Source: a virus (Duplodnaviria; Caudoviricetes). From it: a stretch of DNA of 64,000 nt. The first letter of the stretch is position 1. Each line of letters starts with the position of its first letter. The translations under genes and the position numbers were made by a program. Below are positions 35,539 through 45,638 of the stretch, one piece after another. The stretch is taken from IMG/VR virus record IMGVR_UViG_3300028805_002025, positions 1-64,000 of that record, one strand, 5' to 3'. The notes under the pieces were generated by a model, which saw only the letters and a program-made list of their open reading frames with translations, was not told the origin of the DNA and did no database searches.

Positions 35539-36165
35539 TTAACCTGGCTGCTTAGGAATTAAGATTCTATACAGGTTACAACCTATTAAATTACCTAAAA
35601 GCTCAGATGCCCATATTGCCATTACACTGCCACTCAATATAATATGACTCTTGGTAAATACGAACTCCTGGCTACACAGGAAATAGAATGCATCTGCAAT
35701 ACTATGGGTGAAACCACACATGATAAAGAGAGGTACACCGAATAGCAATGGGGTGAGGTGTTTCTTTCTGGCAAAGTTAACTGCCGTTGTCATGATGAAT
35801 CCGCAACAGATGGCTGCAAGGAAGCAGTTGAAACAACCTGCACTAAGCCTCTTCTGGACTATCTGAGTAGACGTTTCGATAAGCTCTGGTGATGTACTCC
35901 ATAGAAGCATTGACATAAACCCACAGCCAATGGCATTGCCGAATATGATTATCATCAGCTCCATCCATTCCTTCGGACTCTTTGGATTGAAGAATCCTGC
36001 TGTACCAGTATAGAGTTTCAATGCATAGTGAACAACTGTGAGTAGTCCGAATGAGAAGAGTACAGCACCCCACAGACCGCCTACCTTCATAAACGCAGTA
36101 CCACCCATAGCGATACAAATACCAGCCAGGGCTGATGAATTAAACAATCTTACAAATTCCTTCAT
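35539..36165 (-). CDS. formate/nitrite transporter family protein
   Basis: LYTG, GNAIG, FTHSIAD, GNLIG motifs. Confidence 0.85.
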   Translation of the reverse strand: MKEFVRLFNSSALAGICIAMGGTAFMKVGGLWGAVLFSFGLLTVVHYALKLYTGTAGFFNPKSPKEWMELMIIIFGNAIGCGFMSMLLWSTSPELIETSTQIVQKRLSAGCFNCFLAAICCGFIMTTAVNFARKKHLTPLLFGVPLFIMCGFTHSIADAFYFLCSQEFVFTKSHIILSGSVMAIWASELLGNLIGCNLYRILIPKQPG

Positions 36166-36395
36166 AATTAATATCTTTTCTGCAAAGATATAAAAAATAA
36201 ACGAATTATCAAAATTACTTAACTCTATTTAACAAAAATGACCATCAACTCTCATCAATGGTCATTTAATTTATGGTAGAAATTAATCTAACTATAGTCT
36301 CGATTTTTTAATATTTTTTTAATAAAAATACTTGTTTTAATTACCCAAATGTTATTTTTTATGTGAGAGAGATATTTATTATAAAGATTTTAATT

Positions 36396-37523
36396 ATGGA
36401 AAAGATTACAGTTGAATGCATTAAAAAACTAGTTGGTAATAAGTATGATGTCATTTCATATAATGGAAGTAAAAAACCAGTTATATTATCTTGCCCCATT
36501 CACAGAGAATTTAAACTTAGGTTAGACCACATTAAAGAACACTTAAATGGAGACTTGTGCCCATACTGTATAAAAGAAAAAGAAGTCCACGAAAAGTTTC
36601 TTGAATTTGTGCGCAAGGGAAATGATACGCATAATGGGAAATATGTTTATCACGAAGAATGCTTCACCAATATGTCCACCAAAACAATAATAACCTGTCC
36701 GATACATGGAGACTTTGAACAAATTGCGAATAATCACGTCTGGGCTAAACAAGGATGCCCAAAATGCGCTAATGAACGTAAATTAGGGAAATACAAGTAT
36801 ACTAGAGAAAAGATTATTGAAATGTGTAAAAAAACTCATGGCGACAAATATATCTATGACGATATTGTGTTCCAAGGGATGAAGAAAAAAATACTCAACA
36901 TAAAATGTCCTAAACATGGGTATTTTGACCAAATTGCATATGACCATATAAAAGGATTTGGATGTGAACAATGCAAATTTGAAAATCAAACTATGGCAAA
37001 GGACGAATTTATTTCAAGGGCAACTGAGCTACATAATGGATTTTATAAGTATAATTCTGAAAATATGATATATGTTAACAACAATATTAAAGTTCCAATA
37101 ATCTGCCCAATTCACGGTGAATTCTGGCAAAGACCAGCATATCACTTAATGGGCGGTGGGTGTCCACATTGTCAAAGCTCAAAGCTAGAGTCAGAACTAA
37201 TGGACTTCTTTAAAGATAACGGCATCAACTTCATACATAAGTTCCATACAGACTGGCTTGGTAAACAGGAAATAGATTTATATCTGCCCAATTACAATGT
37301 CGGTATAGAATGCCAAGGGTTGCAGCACTTTGAAGAAGTAAAACAGTTTAAGGGTAAAGATGGACTTAAAGAAAGGCTAGAAAGGGACAGACGGAAGTTA
37401 ATATTATGTGGTGAAAATAATCTTAAACTACTATACTATAGTAATTTAGGGATTGAATATCCTTATCAAGTATTTGAGGATAAAGAAGAATTATTAAAAG
37501 AAATAAGAGGGACTAATGGTTAA
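36396..37523 (+). CDS. putative homing endonuclease (CPxHG zinc repeats plus a C-terminal nuclease domain)
   Basis: CP(I/K)H repeats, DLYLP..VGIECQGLQH, low GC, opposite strand. Confidence 0.8.
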   Translation: MEKITVECIKKLVGNKYDVISYNGSKKPVILSCPIHREFKLRLDHIKEHLNGDLCPYCIKEKEVHEKFLEFVRKGNDTHNGKYVYHEECFTNMSTKTIITCPIHGDFEQIANNHVWAKQGCPKCANERKLGKYKYTREKIIEMCKKTHGDKYIYDDIVFQGMKKKILNIKCPKHGYFDQIAYDHIKGFGCEQCKFENQTMAKDEFISRATELHNGFYKYNSENMIYVNNNIKVPIICPIHGEFWQRPAYHLMGGGCPHCQSSKLESELMDFFKDNGINFIHKFHTDWLGKQEIDLYLPNYNVGIECQGLQHFEEVKQFKGKDGLKERLERDRRKLILCGENNLKLLYYSNLGIEYPYQVFEDKEELLKEIRGTNG

Positions 37524-37543
37524 TCCCTCTTATTTTATTGCTA

Positions 37544-39214
37544 CTACAACTTAATGTAATTGAGTATTTCCTGGCTAAGCGCACTCATTACTAGTTCCTC
37601 AGCTGTTGGTCTACGGACTTGTCCAGTCTTCTCGTCTTTTACCATATCGTCTCCGACAAGCATACTGATAATACTTCCGTCAAATCCACTAAAGAAATGA
37701 CATCCTGGGTCATGGGCATTACCTTCATAATCGGTATTGCCATATCTAGCGGCAACATCCCACCAAATAAAGGTCATATTATCGACAAACTCAGCTGGGA
37801 ATACCTGCTTAAGAGTGTTCTTTGAGTACTCGTAATTGGTTGGCTGGGTACGCTCACGTGACCAGTAGCTTCCAGCAGGATTAAACTGCATATCCGATAC
37901 CGTTATAATGGTGGTAGGCCAGTCCTCCAGAGGAATCTCTGGGTGCTGCTTACGAATCTTCACAATCTCCTCGACGATTGACTGGAAGTTAGTTCCACCA
38001 GCAGGTACGCCTGGAAGCTGTGCAACTCTGTCGCAGAAGCCCTCACCCTTGATATCATATGGGTATGAAGTGTTATCGAACATGATAATCTTGTTGTGGA
38101 ATGCACCAGTGTTCAGCTCACCGAAGAACAGTGCGAGTGAGTTAGCAACATCACTGCAAGTAACACCGTTCAAGCCACGAACCTGTGAACCCATAGAGCC
38201 ACTGGTGTCAAGTGCGCACCACACATTACCAGTAATCTTACCGTTCTTACGTGCGGTATCCACCAGACCCATGAACTGAGCGTCGATGGTGTGCTTAACC
38301 TCTGGAGAGATTCTTGAAACACCGTAACCCCTGTACAGGCCAGCCTCACGAGCCTTCTTAGCAAGCTCGAACACGTAGCCAGTGAACTTAGCCACAGGCT
38401 TACCCATAATCCACTGAGTGTACGCATCCTTCAAGTTGTGATTTGCAAGGAACTTGCTGGTCACAAGAAGGTTCAATGCACGACCTGGGATATGATTCCA
38501 GTTCAGCTCACCATAGTTACGTGAACAGATAAGCTTCTGGAAGTCATGTGCATTACCACTGGTCTTGAGCTTGTTGTACTCCTTATATGAAAGGTTCATA
38601 AAGGAAGCAAACTCCTTAGCCAGCTTGTTGGTGGTTTTAGTCCACTCAGTCTTGCACTTGCTCTCGCTCTTGATACGAGGCATATACTTCTTCACCAGGT
38701 CAACATGGGTATCACAAAGAAGACCCTGGGCGATGATTTCGAACATTGCCTCATGCTTCAATGTGTTAAGACCCTCATGGATGTCGTAGAACAACATTGT
38801 CCAGATGTCCTTCCATGAACCAACAACAGGGAGTGCCCATAGGTTGTTGTAGAAGGTTGCAGGGTGTTCCTTTGCAATCCAAAGGAAACGCTTGAATGAC
38901 TCATCACGAGCACCCTGTCCGTTCTGAACCTTGTCGGTCTCGTTCTCCTTATTGACCTTGACCTTACGTGTAACCATACGAAGGTAGAATGGGAAACGCA
39001 GAGCTGCCTCAGCATTCTCATCCCAGATTCTAGACTGGTCGGTGAAGACATCTGCCAGAGGACGACCTCTGAAGTTACCTGCCTTACCGAACTGGTCAAC
39101 TATCTGGCTACCAGTTGTCACGTTTGTCACTGCACCATTCTCTGTGAGAGTGGTTGCTCTGAAACCTACTGTTTCAACGAACTTGTTCGTCTGTGTTCTT
39201 GTCTTCGTGTTCAT
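37544..39214 (-). CDS. DUF2828-type TROVE/Ro60-like protein with a vWA domain
   Basis: TENGA, GQGARD, GSWKD, DTSGSM, GGTNF, SDMQF, SGFD motifs. Confidence 0.8.
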   Translation of the reverse strand: MNTKTRTQTNKFVETVGFRATTLTENGAVTNVTTGSQIVDQFGKAGNFRGRPLADVFTDQSRIWDENAEAALRFPFYLRMVTRKVKVNKENETDKVQNGQGARDESFKRFLWIAKEHPATFYNNLWALPVVGSWKDIWTMLFYDIHEGLNTLKHEAMFEIIAQGLLCDTHVDLVKKYMPRIKSESKCKTEWTKTTNKLAKEFASFMNLSYKEYNKLKTSGNAHDFQKLICSRNYGELNWNHIPGRALNLLVTSKFLANHNLKDAYTQWIMGKPVAKFTGYVFELAKKAREAGLYRGYGVSRISPEVKHTIDAQFMGLVDTARKNGKITGNVWCALDTSGSMGSQVRGLNGVTCSDVANSLALFFGELNTGAFHNKIIMFDNTSYPYDIKGEGFCDRVAQLPGVPAGGTNFQSIVEEIVKIRKQHPEIPLEDWPTTIITVSDMQFNPAGSYWSRERTQPTNYEYSKNTLKQVFPAEFVDNMTFIWWDVAARYGNTDYEGNAHDPGCHFFSGFDGSIISMLVGDDMVKDEKTGQVRRPTAEELVMSALSQEILNYIKL

Positions 39215-39356
39215 AATATATTTGACTTGTGTTTATCAATCTTTAATTCGTGGTGCAAAGATATATATTTTTTTTGAGATATCCAAATTTTTCGAGAACT
39301 TTTTTCGGAAAAAGTGTATTTATAGGTATATTATAACGTTTATTAACTAAATTGAT

Positions 39357-39857
39357 ATGGACTATATAGCACAAATTATACGTGAAGAGGTGGAGAAGGT
39401 TATGCTTGACGAAAGGGTATATAAAAACCCAGAGGAGGAAAAGCATTTCAAGAACATAAGAAGACTACAACTCAAATACAAGAACAAGGGATACAGTGAT
39501 AAGGAAGCCCATGACCTTGCGGTTAAGAAGTACAAGGAAAAGATGAAGAAGAAAAAGGAAGCTGAGTACAGAATGCGTAAGAAAAAGGGCGGTGGTAGCG
39601 AGAAGTATGACTTCAAGAGGTATAAGGAAATGAACAAAGACGTGTCTTATGGAGACTGGAGACAGCTTGCAGACCGTATTGACCAGGAGAAGACAGATAT
39701 CGCAGCAGTAGCAAGAGAAGTGTTCCCAGACCATACTGATGAAGGCGGTCAGTCACAGCTTAGGAAGATTCTTAACGGTGAAAGACCTATGACCAACAGA
39801 GTTGCACAGAAACTCATGGATATGATTTCAAGTGGACAGATTGCAGTTAAGGCATAA
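39357..39857 (+). CDS. hypothetical protein, possible C-terminal HTH
   Basis: SQLRKILNGERPMT. Confidence 0.65.
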   Translation: MDYIAQIIREEVEKVMLDERVYKNPEEEKHFKNIRRLQLKYKNKGYSDKEAHDLAVKKYKEKMKKKKEAEYRMRKKKGGGSEKYDFKRYKEMNKDVSYGDWRQLADRIDQEKTDIAAVAREVFPDHTDEGGQSQLRKILNGERPMTNRVAQKLMDMISSGQIAVKA

Positions 39858-39901
39858 ATATAAAAAATGGACTATTACAGATTGTAGTAGTCCATTTATT
39901 T

Positions 39902-40864
39902 TTAGAGTGGGGCAGAGAAAAGTCTTTCCTGGTACTCCTTCCTCAGCTTTGCGAGGATTGTTGTCTCCATCTGTCTGATTCTCTCAGACGTAAGACCAAC
40001 TTCCTCAGCAACCTCAGAGAGTTCGAACTCTCTCTTGATTCCATTGACCTCTATGAGACCGAAACGCATCTGGATGACCTTCTGCTCACGTGGTGTCAGC
40101 ACTTCAAGCAGAGAAGAAACAAGTGCCTTCTGGAACTCTTCCTCAGACTTTGCCTCGAACTCGTTCTCACTTGCACTGGCACGGTTATAGTCCATGATTT
40201 CAGAGTGTCCTGCCGCATTCTCGTCAGTAACCTGGTAATCGTCAACCATTGTAACCTGTATGTCAAGAAGGTCGCTCTTGTCCTTGATGCCTTTCTTGAG
40301 TTTCTGGTTGACAATCTCCTTAAGCTCCTCTGAGCTTGGCATTCTCTCATTCTCCTGCATGAAGTCGCTTGTAGCCTTCGCAACGATACTCCAGGTCTTG
40401 GAGTTGTTGGTCCTATGTACAATGGGCTTTGTATTGTGATGGTATTCCTCAATAGCCCTCTTCACATACCACATGGCGTAGCTTGCAAACTTGAAACCCT
40501 TTCTGTAGTCGAACTTGTCAAGTGCCTCAGACAGACCGATGTTAGCCTCATTCACATAATCCAGAAGCGTGTCTGTTGTAGCCCAGTTCTTGGCTGCTGC
40601 TACACACAGTCTCTGGTTTGAATTGATAATGAGGTTACGAACCTCTTCTATCTTACCTTCAAGATAGATGCAGAGTTCCTTGTCGTTGTCATGCTTTGCA
40701 AGGGCAAGGGTATCCTTGTAGCCTTGCAGTTCTTCAAACATTTTGGTTTCCTCCTCCTTGGTAGGAACATCGAACTTTCGTATGTCGTTGTAGAAACGCT
40801 TGGTGTTCTCACTACGACATACAAGACCCGTGTCCGTTTGCTTCAGATTGATAACTAATGGCAT
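39902..40864 (-). CDS. sigma-70 family RNA polymerase sigma factor
   Basis: region 2 NIGLSEALDKFD...FASYAMWY; region 4 LSEVAEEVGLTSERIRQ. Confidence 0.92.
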   Translation of the reverse strand: MPLVINLKQTDTGLVCRSENTKRFYNDIRKFDVPTKEEETKMFEELQGYKDTLALAKHDNDKELCIYLEGKIEEVRNLIINSNQRLCVAAAKNWATTDTLLDYVNEANIGLSEALDKFDYRKGFKFASYAMWYVKRAIEEYHHNTKPIVHRTNNSKTWSIVAKATSDFMQENERMPSSEELKEIVNQKLKKGIKDKSDLLDIQVTMVDDYQVTDENAAGHSEIMDYNRASASENEFEAKSEEEFQKALVSSLLEVLTPREQKVIQMRFGLIEVNGIKREFELSEVAEEVGLTSERIRQMETTILAKLRKEYQERLFSAPL

Positions 40865-40897
40865 TGTTAATAAATTTTTATCGTTTGTAACTATTGT

Positions 40898-41425
40898 TTA
40901 ATTTTTCTTCTTTAATATCACAGATGTCCTGTTGCCCTCATCACGTGGAACTGTCTCTGGAACAGCGACATCCTCCAGCATAACGATGAACTCCAGTAAG
41001 GATTTCTTATTTTCCTCTCGCCTGGATAATTCCCTACCCTTCATGGTAAGTACCACTCTAACTCTGCTACCTTCCTCAATAAATCTCCTTGCGTTATTTG
41101 CCTTTGTTTCGAGGTCATGTTTAGCAATACTAACGCTAAGTTGTATCTCTTTAAGAGGTTTCGCATTCTGTTTAGTCTTCTTTGCGATTTTCTTAAGCTC
41201 ATATAACATCTTTTCGTAGTTGCATATCTTGAGTATAGGTATCTCCAGTTTACCCTGTATCTCCACCAGGTCTAACTCCATACCCTCTGCAATTCTACGT
41301 GCCTCCATTATTGGCACAACTTTGGACTCAATACCATCACCGACAATTCTTACATTGCCAGAGAAGTGAATATCATCATTAACCCTAAACCTTTGGGCTA
41401 AGTCATTTTTCTTTGGTTTCACCAT
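40898..41425 (-). CDS. infC: translation initiation factor IF-3
   Basis: LDLVEI, KICNYEK, KEIQL...HDLETK, KGRE motifs. Confidence 0.92.
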   Translation of the reverse strand: MVKPKKNDLAQRFRVNDDIHFSGNVRIVGDGIESKVVPIMEARRIAEGMELDLVEIQGKLEIPILKICNYEKMLYELKKIAKKTKQNAKPLKEIQLSVSIAKHDLETKANNARRFIEEGSRVRVVLTMKGRELSRREENKKSLLEFIVMLEDVAVPETVPRDEGNRTSVILKKKN

Positions 41426-41705
41426 CTATTTGTTCTAGTCTCTTTATTTGCTCTTCTAATTCTTTTATTTCTTTTTCTTTCTCTTCCAACTGCCTTTTAT
41501 CGAAATCATAGACAATTTTCATACAGCTGAGTCTGCGCTCCAGTTCCTCCTTGGTGGGGGGTATCTTGGCTCGTTCCTCGGCTTTTCTTTCATTTTCTTC
41601 CATGATGCGGAGGAAACGTTCAGCATCCTCCCCTTCGAGAACTATTGGTCCTTTTCCAGAATCAGTAGCTAACGCACCTACTGGGTCATCTGGGTCGTAT
41701 TCCAT
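41403..41705 (-). CDS. hypothetical coiled-coil protein
   Basis: likely start MEYDP after a host-type promoter. Confidence 0.6.
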   Translation of the reverse strand: MEYDPDDPVGALATDSGKGPIVLEGEDAERFLRIMEENERKAEERAKIPPTKEELERRLSCMKIVYDFDKRQLEEKEKEIKELEEQIKRLEQIDGETKEK

Positions 41706-41770
41706 AGCAGTTTCTGGTGCAAAAGTAGACAAATTTTTTGACTTAGCCAAAAATTTCCTCTTAAAAAATC

Positions 41771-42139
41771 TTAATCTTCCACTTTTTGCCATAGCAAATC
41801 CCTGTCTAGTGCCTTATAGTGACCAGGAACAACGCCCTCAGTACACTTCTGATGAATAAGAGTCTCTATATAATACAGATTGTCTGACACATAGTGATAG
41901 GTGTCCAGCAGGTATTTCTCCACATCGTCTGGGTATGCAGCACCGTCTGGGTCTTCCTCAGTACCCTTTATCGCCTTATCCCTGTATCCAAGGACTGTAG
42001 CCACATCATCCAAGATGTGCGTCTGCAACGTCAGCATGACGTTTTTGTTGATGGCGATTATGTCGTCATCCTTGTCCTCGATGTTGAGGAACTTGACCAA
42101 TTTCAAGTGGTCTTCTGTTAAATGCAAATGTATTACCAT
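41771..42139 (-). CDS. hypothetical protein
   Basis: 122-aa ORF. Confidence 0.7.
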   Translation of the reverse strand: MVIHLHLTEDHLKLVKFLNIEDKDDDIIAINKNVMLTLQTHILDDVATVLGYRDKAIKGTEEDPDGAAYPDDVEKYLLDTYHYVSDNLYYIETLIHQKCTEGVVPGHYKALDRDLLWQKVED

Positions 42140-42142
42140 ATT

Positions 42143-42748
42143 CTAATATCTCCTATGTCCGTTTTTCTTAAATCTTTCGTCAGCTTCTTTCTTTCTCTTA
42201 GCCACCATTTCGTAGTAAGCTTTCCTATCCTTTTCCTTCACCTTGAGTTCCTTCACCCTAATTTCCTTCATTTCCTCTGCTCTACTCTTCTGATAGTAGT
42301 CATAAATAGTGAGGTCTACGTCTGTAATGGTATCCTCGAATATCTTAAGTATCCTGTTCCTATCCCCATTACCATCAAATCGGCTTTCACCAAGAAGGGT
42401 GCATGCTACATGCTTCCCCTTATATAAAACATTAATGAGTTTAAGGCATTTTTCAAGTGATTCGTATGACAAATAATCCTTTTGCAGGTCTGGTCTGAAA
42501 TTGTAGCCATTCGTTATGAAGCATAGACAGAAGGTAGGCTCTCCATCAGATGCACATTCAAGAACAGTACCAAGTTTCTCTGGGTCTCCATACTTGGACT
42601 CCAGATTCTTCTCGTATACATAAGGATAATTAAGCATTACTTTCAACTGTATGCCCTGCGACATGGTGCAGTAGGTATTAGTACCTATCAACACCACATC
42701 ATATTCCTTAACATGTCCAAAAATGTCTTCATCCTTGATTATCTTCAT
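42143..42748 (-). CDS. macrodomain-like protein
   Basis: N..CTMSQGI, KLGT, SYESLEKCL pattern. Confidence 0.6.
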   Translation of the reverse strand: MKIIKDEDIFGHVKEYDVVLIGTNTYCTMSQGIQLKVMLNYPYVYEKNLESKYGDPEKLGTVLECASDGEPTFCLCFITNGYNFRPDLQKDYLSYESLEKCLKLINVLYKGKHVACTLLGESRFDGNGDRNRILKIFEDTITDVDLTIYDYYQKSRAEEMKEIRVKELKVKEKDRKAYYEMVAKRKKEADERFKKNGHRRY

Positions 42749-43814
42749 CTGCTAATCTAAATCCCTTTACTATTGTATTATCACATTTAGCACCACATTC
42801 ACTCTTTTTAGGATAATCGGTATAACTTTCATCCCCGTCGTATTCCATTGGGTCAATTGGTACTGAGCAATCTTCTTCCGTCAATTGTTCCTCTGGCACT
42901 TTCTCTTTAACTTTAAAGCCAATTTGTTTAACCTCTTCCTCAGTAACTGTCACCTTACCATTTTTCTTGATGATATCATTAAGTCTATCAAAAAGCGCAA
43001 CTTCTGGAATCTGGTCTACATAGATACCCTGTATTACTTCCTTCAAGAAGTCAAAGGTGAAACCCTCTGTCTTTATGGTGTACCTCTCGATATCCTTCTT
43101 TACCTTCTCATCCTCAATGTCTATACCAGCATCCTTTAATTTCATTGTGATATAAGCCCTTCTTACATTCTCGTCTGGTTTCTTATACTCAATGACAAGG
43201 TTGAATCTGCTTGGTCTACAAGTAAACCTCTTCTCAAGTATCTGAGGGTAGTTTGTGGTTGCTATAGTGACAACGTTGTCAAACTGGGTATTGCCATCCA
43301 ATAACTGCAATAACATAGCAGTGTAGTGGTCATCCCTTGAAAGACGCTCGAAATCCTCTATAATGGTGACAATCTTCCTATTAGGCTCAATGTCCCTAAG
43401 CCTTTCCATACAGATATGGTAGGAACTGAGTGCCGATGTGTTGTCGATAAATATTACAACACCGTCATATTCATCTATCAGCTTGTGAGCCAATATGTTA
43501 ATCAACGATGTCTTACCATTACCTGGTAATGAATATAGAAGTATATTCCTTTTATATACATTACCAAACTGCCTATACCTTTCTTCTGAATCCCAGAACC
43601 TCTTAATGTCATTGAGTATATTCATCTGGATTTCATTAGGCAGTACATACAACTTAGGCATAATTATCTCCTTTTGTCTAAAGAACGCCTTTCCATGATA
43701 GGAATCAAATACAGGTTCATAGAACCCAGAAGGAAGAATGTCCCTTGTCTCGCCTATTGGCTGGAAGGTGTTGTCACTCTTCACGTAACGTGTGAAACTC
43801 TTTTCTCTTTCCAT
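42729..43814 (-). CDS. AAA+ ATPase
   Basis: PGNGKT, IIEDFE, ATTN, RPSRF motifs. Confidence 0.9.
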   Translation of the reverse strand: MEREKSFTRYVKSDNTFQPIGETRDILPSGFYEPVFDSYHGKAFFRQKEIIMPKLYVLPNEIQMNILNDIKRFWDSEERYRQFGNVYKRNILLYSLPGNGKTSLINILAHKLIDEYDGVVIFIDNTSALSSYHICMERLRDIEPNRKIVTIIEDFERLSRDDHYTAMLLQLLDGNTQFDNVVTIATTNYPQILEKRFTCRPSRFNLVIEYKKPDENVRRAYITMKLKDAGIDIEDEKVKKDIERYTIKTEGFTFDFLKEVIQGIYVDQIPEVALFDRLNDIIKKNGKVTVTEEEVKQIGFKVKEKVPEEQLTEEDCSVPIDPMEYDGDESYTDYPKKSECGAKCDNTIVKGFRLADEDNQG

Positions 43815-43825
43815 AAATTATATTG

Positions 43826-44902
43826 TTACTTAAAATTGTCCTTTTCACAAAGTTCTCCTAAAAGCTTTTTGTCGTTGTCGTCTAATTTCTTAGGCATTAC
43901 GAGTTTCACAACTCCAATCATATTACCCCTGGTATCTGAATTGAAAAGTGGCATACCATAGCCCTTGAATCTGAGCTGAGTACCATCTTCAGTACCCTGT
44001 GGTATCTTTGCCGTTATCGTCTTACCGTCTATGGTTTCAATTGTTGTCTCACCTCCAAGAATACCCTTCAGCACAGGTATATCAATAGTAAAATACAGGT
44101 CATCACCATTTCTTTCAAACTTCTCGTCTGGCTTCTGTACAACCCTAACAAGAAGGCTTCCTGGTGTACCATTTCCGTGAGGTGGGAAATTACCCAATCC
44201 TACAAACTGGAATATCTGTCCGTCAGCAGCACCTTTATTGATTTTAATTTCAACCTCTGTAGATGCCTGTACAACGCCATGACCGTTACACTTCTTACAT
44301 GGGTTCTCAATGACATAGCCCTTTCCACCACACTGAGGACAGGTGCTTGTCATTCTCATGTTGAATCCACCAAATCCACCAGACTGGAACACCGTACCAG
44401 TACCACCGCATGACTTACAGGTTCTCTTGCGACTATTGGATGTTAAGCCACTTCCACCACATTCGTCACACAGCTCAAAACGGTTGTATTTAATCTTCTT
44501 GGTAACACCATTGAACAACTCTTCGAGAGTAAGTGGGAAAGTAATCTGTATGTTAGTACCCACTACCTGCCTTGGTTTTCTTTCCTCACCAAAGTCGAAA
44601 TCACCAAAGCCACCGAAACCGCCAAAGTGTTTCATTATTTCATCGATGTTCATGCCACCGAAATCTGGACCACCGCTAGCATAGAAATCAAAGTTGGATG
44701 CTGGGTTGTCGTATTGCTTACGTTTCTCGTCATCACCAAGTACCTCATAGGCTTCTGCAACCTCCTTAAACTTTTCCTCGGCTTTCTTATCGCCCTGGTT
44801 ACGGTCTGGATGATACTTGATACTGAGCTTTCTGAAAGCTTTCTTGATATCGTCCTTTGATGCGTCCTTGGATACCCCAAGAATCTTATAGTAATCTTTC
44901 AT
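43826..44902 (-). CDS. dnaJ: chaperone DnaJ
   Basis: J domain HPD, G/F region, four CxxCxGxG. Confidence 0.96.
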   Translation of the reverse strand: MKDYYKILGVSKDASKDDIKKAFRKLSIKYHPDRNQGDKKAEEKFKEVAEAYEVLGDDEKRKQYDNPASNFDFYASGGPDFGGMNIDEIMKHFGGFGGFGDFDFGEERKPRQVVGTNIQITFPLTLEELFNGVTKKIKYNRFELCDECGGSGLTSNSRKRTCKSCGGTGTVFQSGGFGGFNMRMTSTCPQCGGKGYVIENPCKKCNGHGVVQASTEVEIKINKGAADGQIFQFVGLGNFPPHGNGTPGSLLVRVVQKPDEKFERNGDDLYFTIDIPVLKGILGGETTIETIDGKTITAKIPQGTEDGTQLRFKGYGMPLFNSDTRGNMIGVVKLVMPKKLDDNDKKLLGELCEKDNFK

Positions 44903-44942
44903 TATTAAAAAAAGTTATAATTCTTATGCAAAGATATATATT

Positions 44943-45377
44943 TTATTTGAGATAACCAAATTTTTCATCAATTATTTCAAATTTATTTTGTAGAACCAGA
45001 TTAAATTTATTCCTGCTCTCCCTAGAAATAATCTCGTAGAAATCAACTTCTGGTATTTGTTTTCCATTGAGTTCAAAGAATGAACTGCATTTCAAATCCG
45101 CTGGATTTGGCAGTTCTTCCATCTTGCAAAGGAACAAGTGAATATCCTTTTTCTTGTTATGATGGTAAACGCCAATGTCAACCAGATTTTCCTCATGGAG
45201 AATATATCCAGTTTCCTCACGCAATTCACGAATGGCTGCGTCGATATCAGTCTCTCCCTCGTCAACCTCACCCTTTGGAAAATCAAATCCATAGTCCTTT
45301 GGCTTACCAGTTCCGTGACAACCAAGGATATTTCCATCGTTGTCAATCATCACTACTGCTGCTGTTACTTTCTTCAT
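44943..45377 (-). CDS. NUDIX hydrolase
   Basis: GEVDEGETDIDAAIRELREETG. Confidence 0.92.
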   Translation of the reverse strand: MKKVTAAVVMIDNDGNILGCHGTGKPKDYGFDFPKGEVDEGETDIDAAIRELREETGYILHEENLVDIGVYHHNKKKDIHLFLCKMEELPNPADLKCSSFFELNGKQIPEVDFYEIISRESRNKFNLVLQNKFEIIDEKFGYLK

Positions 45378-45467
45378 ACTCTATTAACGTCAAAAATCTG
45401 AGGAAGTTGTTGGGTAACTCCCTCAGACAAATACGAAATTATGTTTACAAACCTTGCCAAGTCATAA

Positions 45468-45638
45468 CTATGCTGTCTGTGCTGTGAACACTGAGTGACA
45501 ATGAGGACACGTTGCCTCTACATGCCCGTGACCTCCAGAACGATGCGGAGGAGTAGTTACGTCCTCGTAAAAACTACCCCCGCAATGTGGACAATGGACA
45601 TAGAAATGCCCAATGTAGAGATTGCTCTTGTACTTCAT
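45468..45638 (-). CDS. 56-aa zinc-ribbon protein missing from the ORF track
   Basis: [19 protein letters not shown]...TCPHCHSVFTAQTA*; TAATG overlap with the dnaK stop. Confidence 0.65.
   Translation of the reverse strand: MKYKSNLYIGHFYVHCPHCGGSFYEDVTTPPHRSGGHGHVEATCPHCHSVFTAQTA

Noticed and set aside
45468-45638. Riboswitch or ncRNA after dnaK
   Set aside because: Better explained as a translationally coupled zinc-ribbon ORF.
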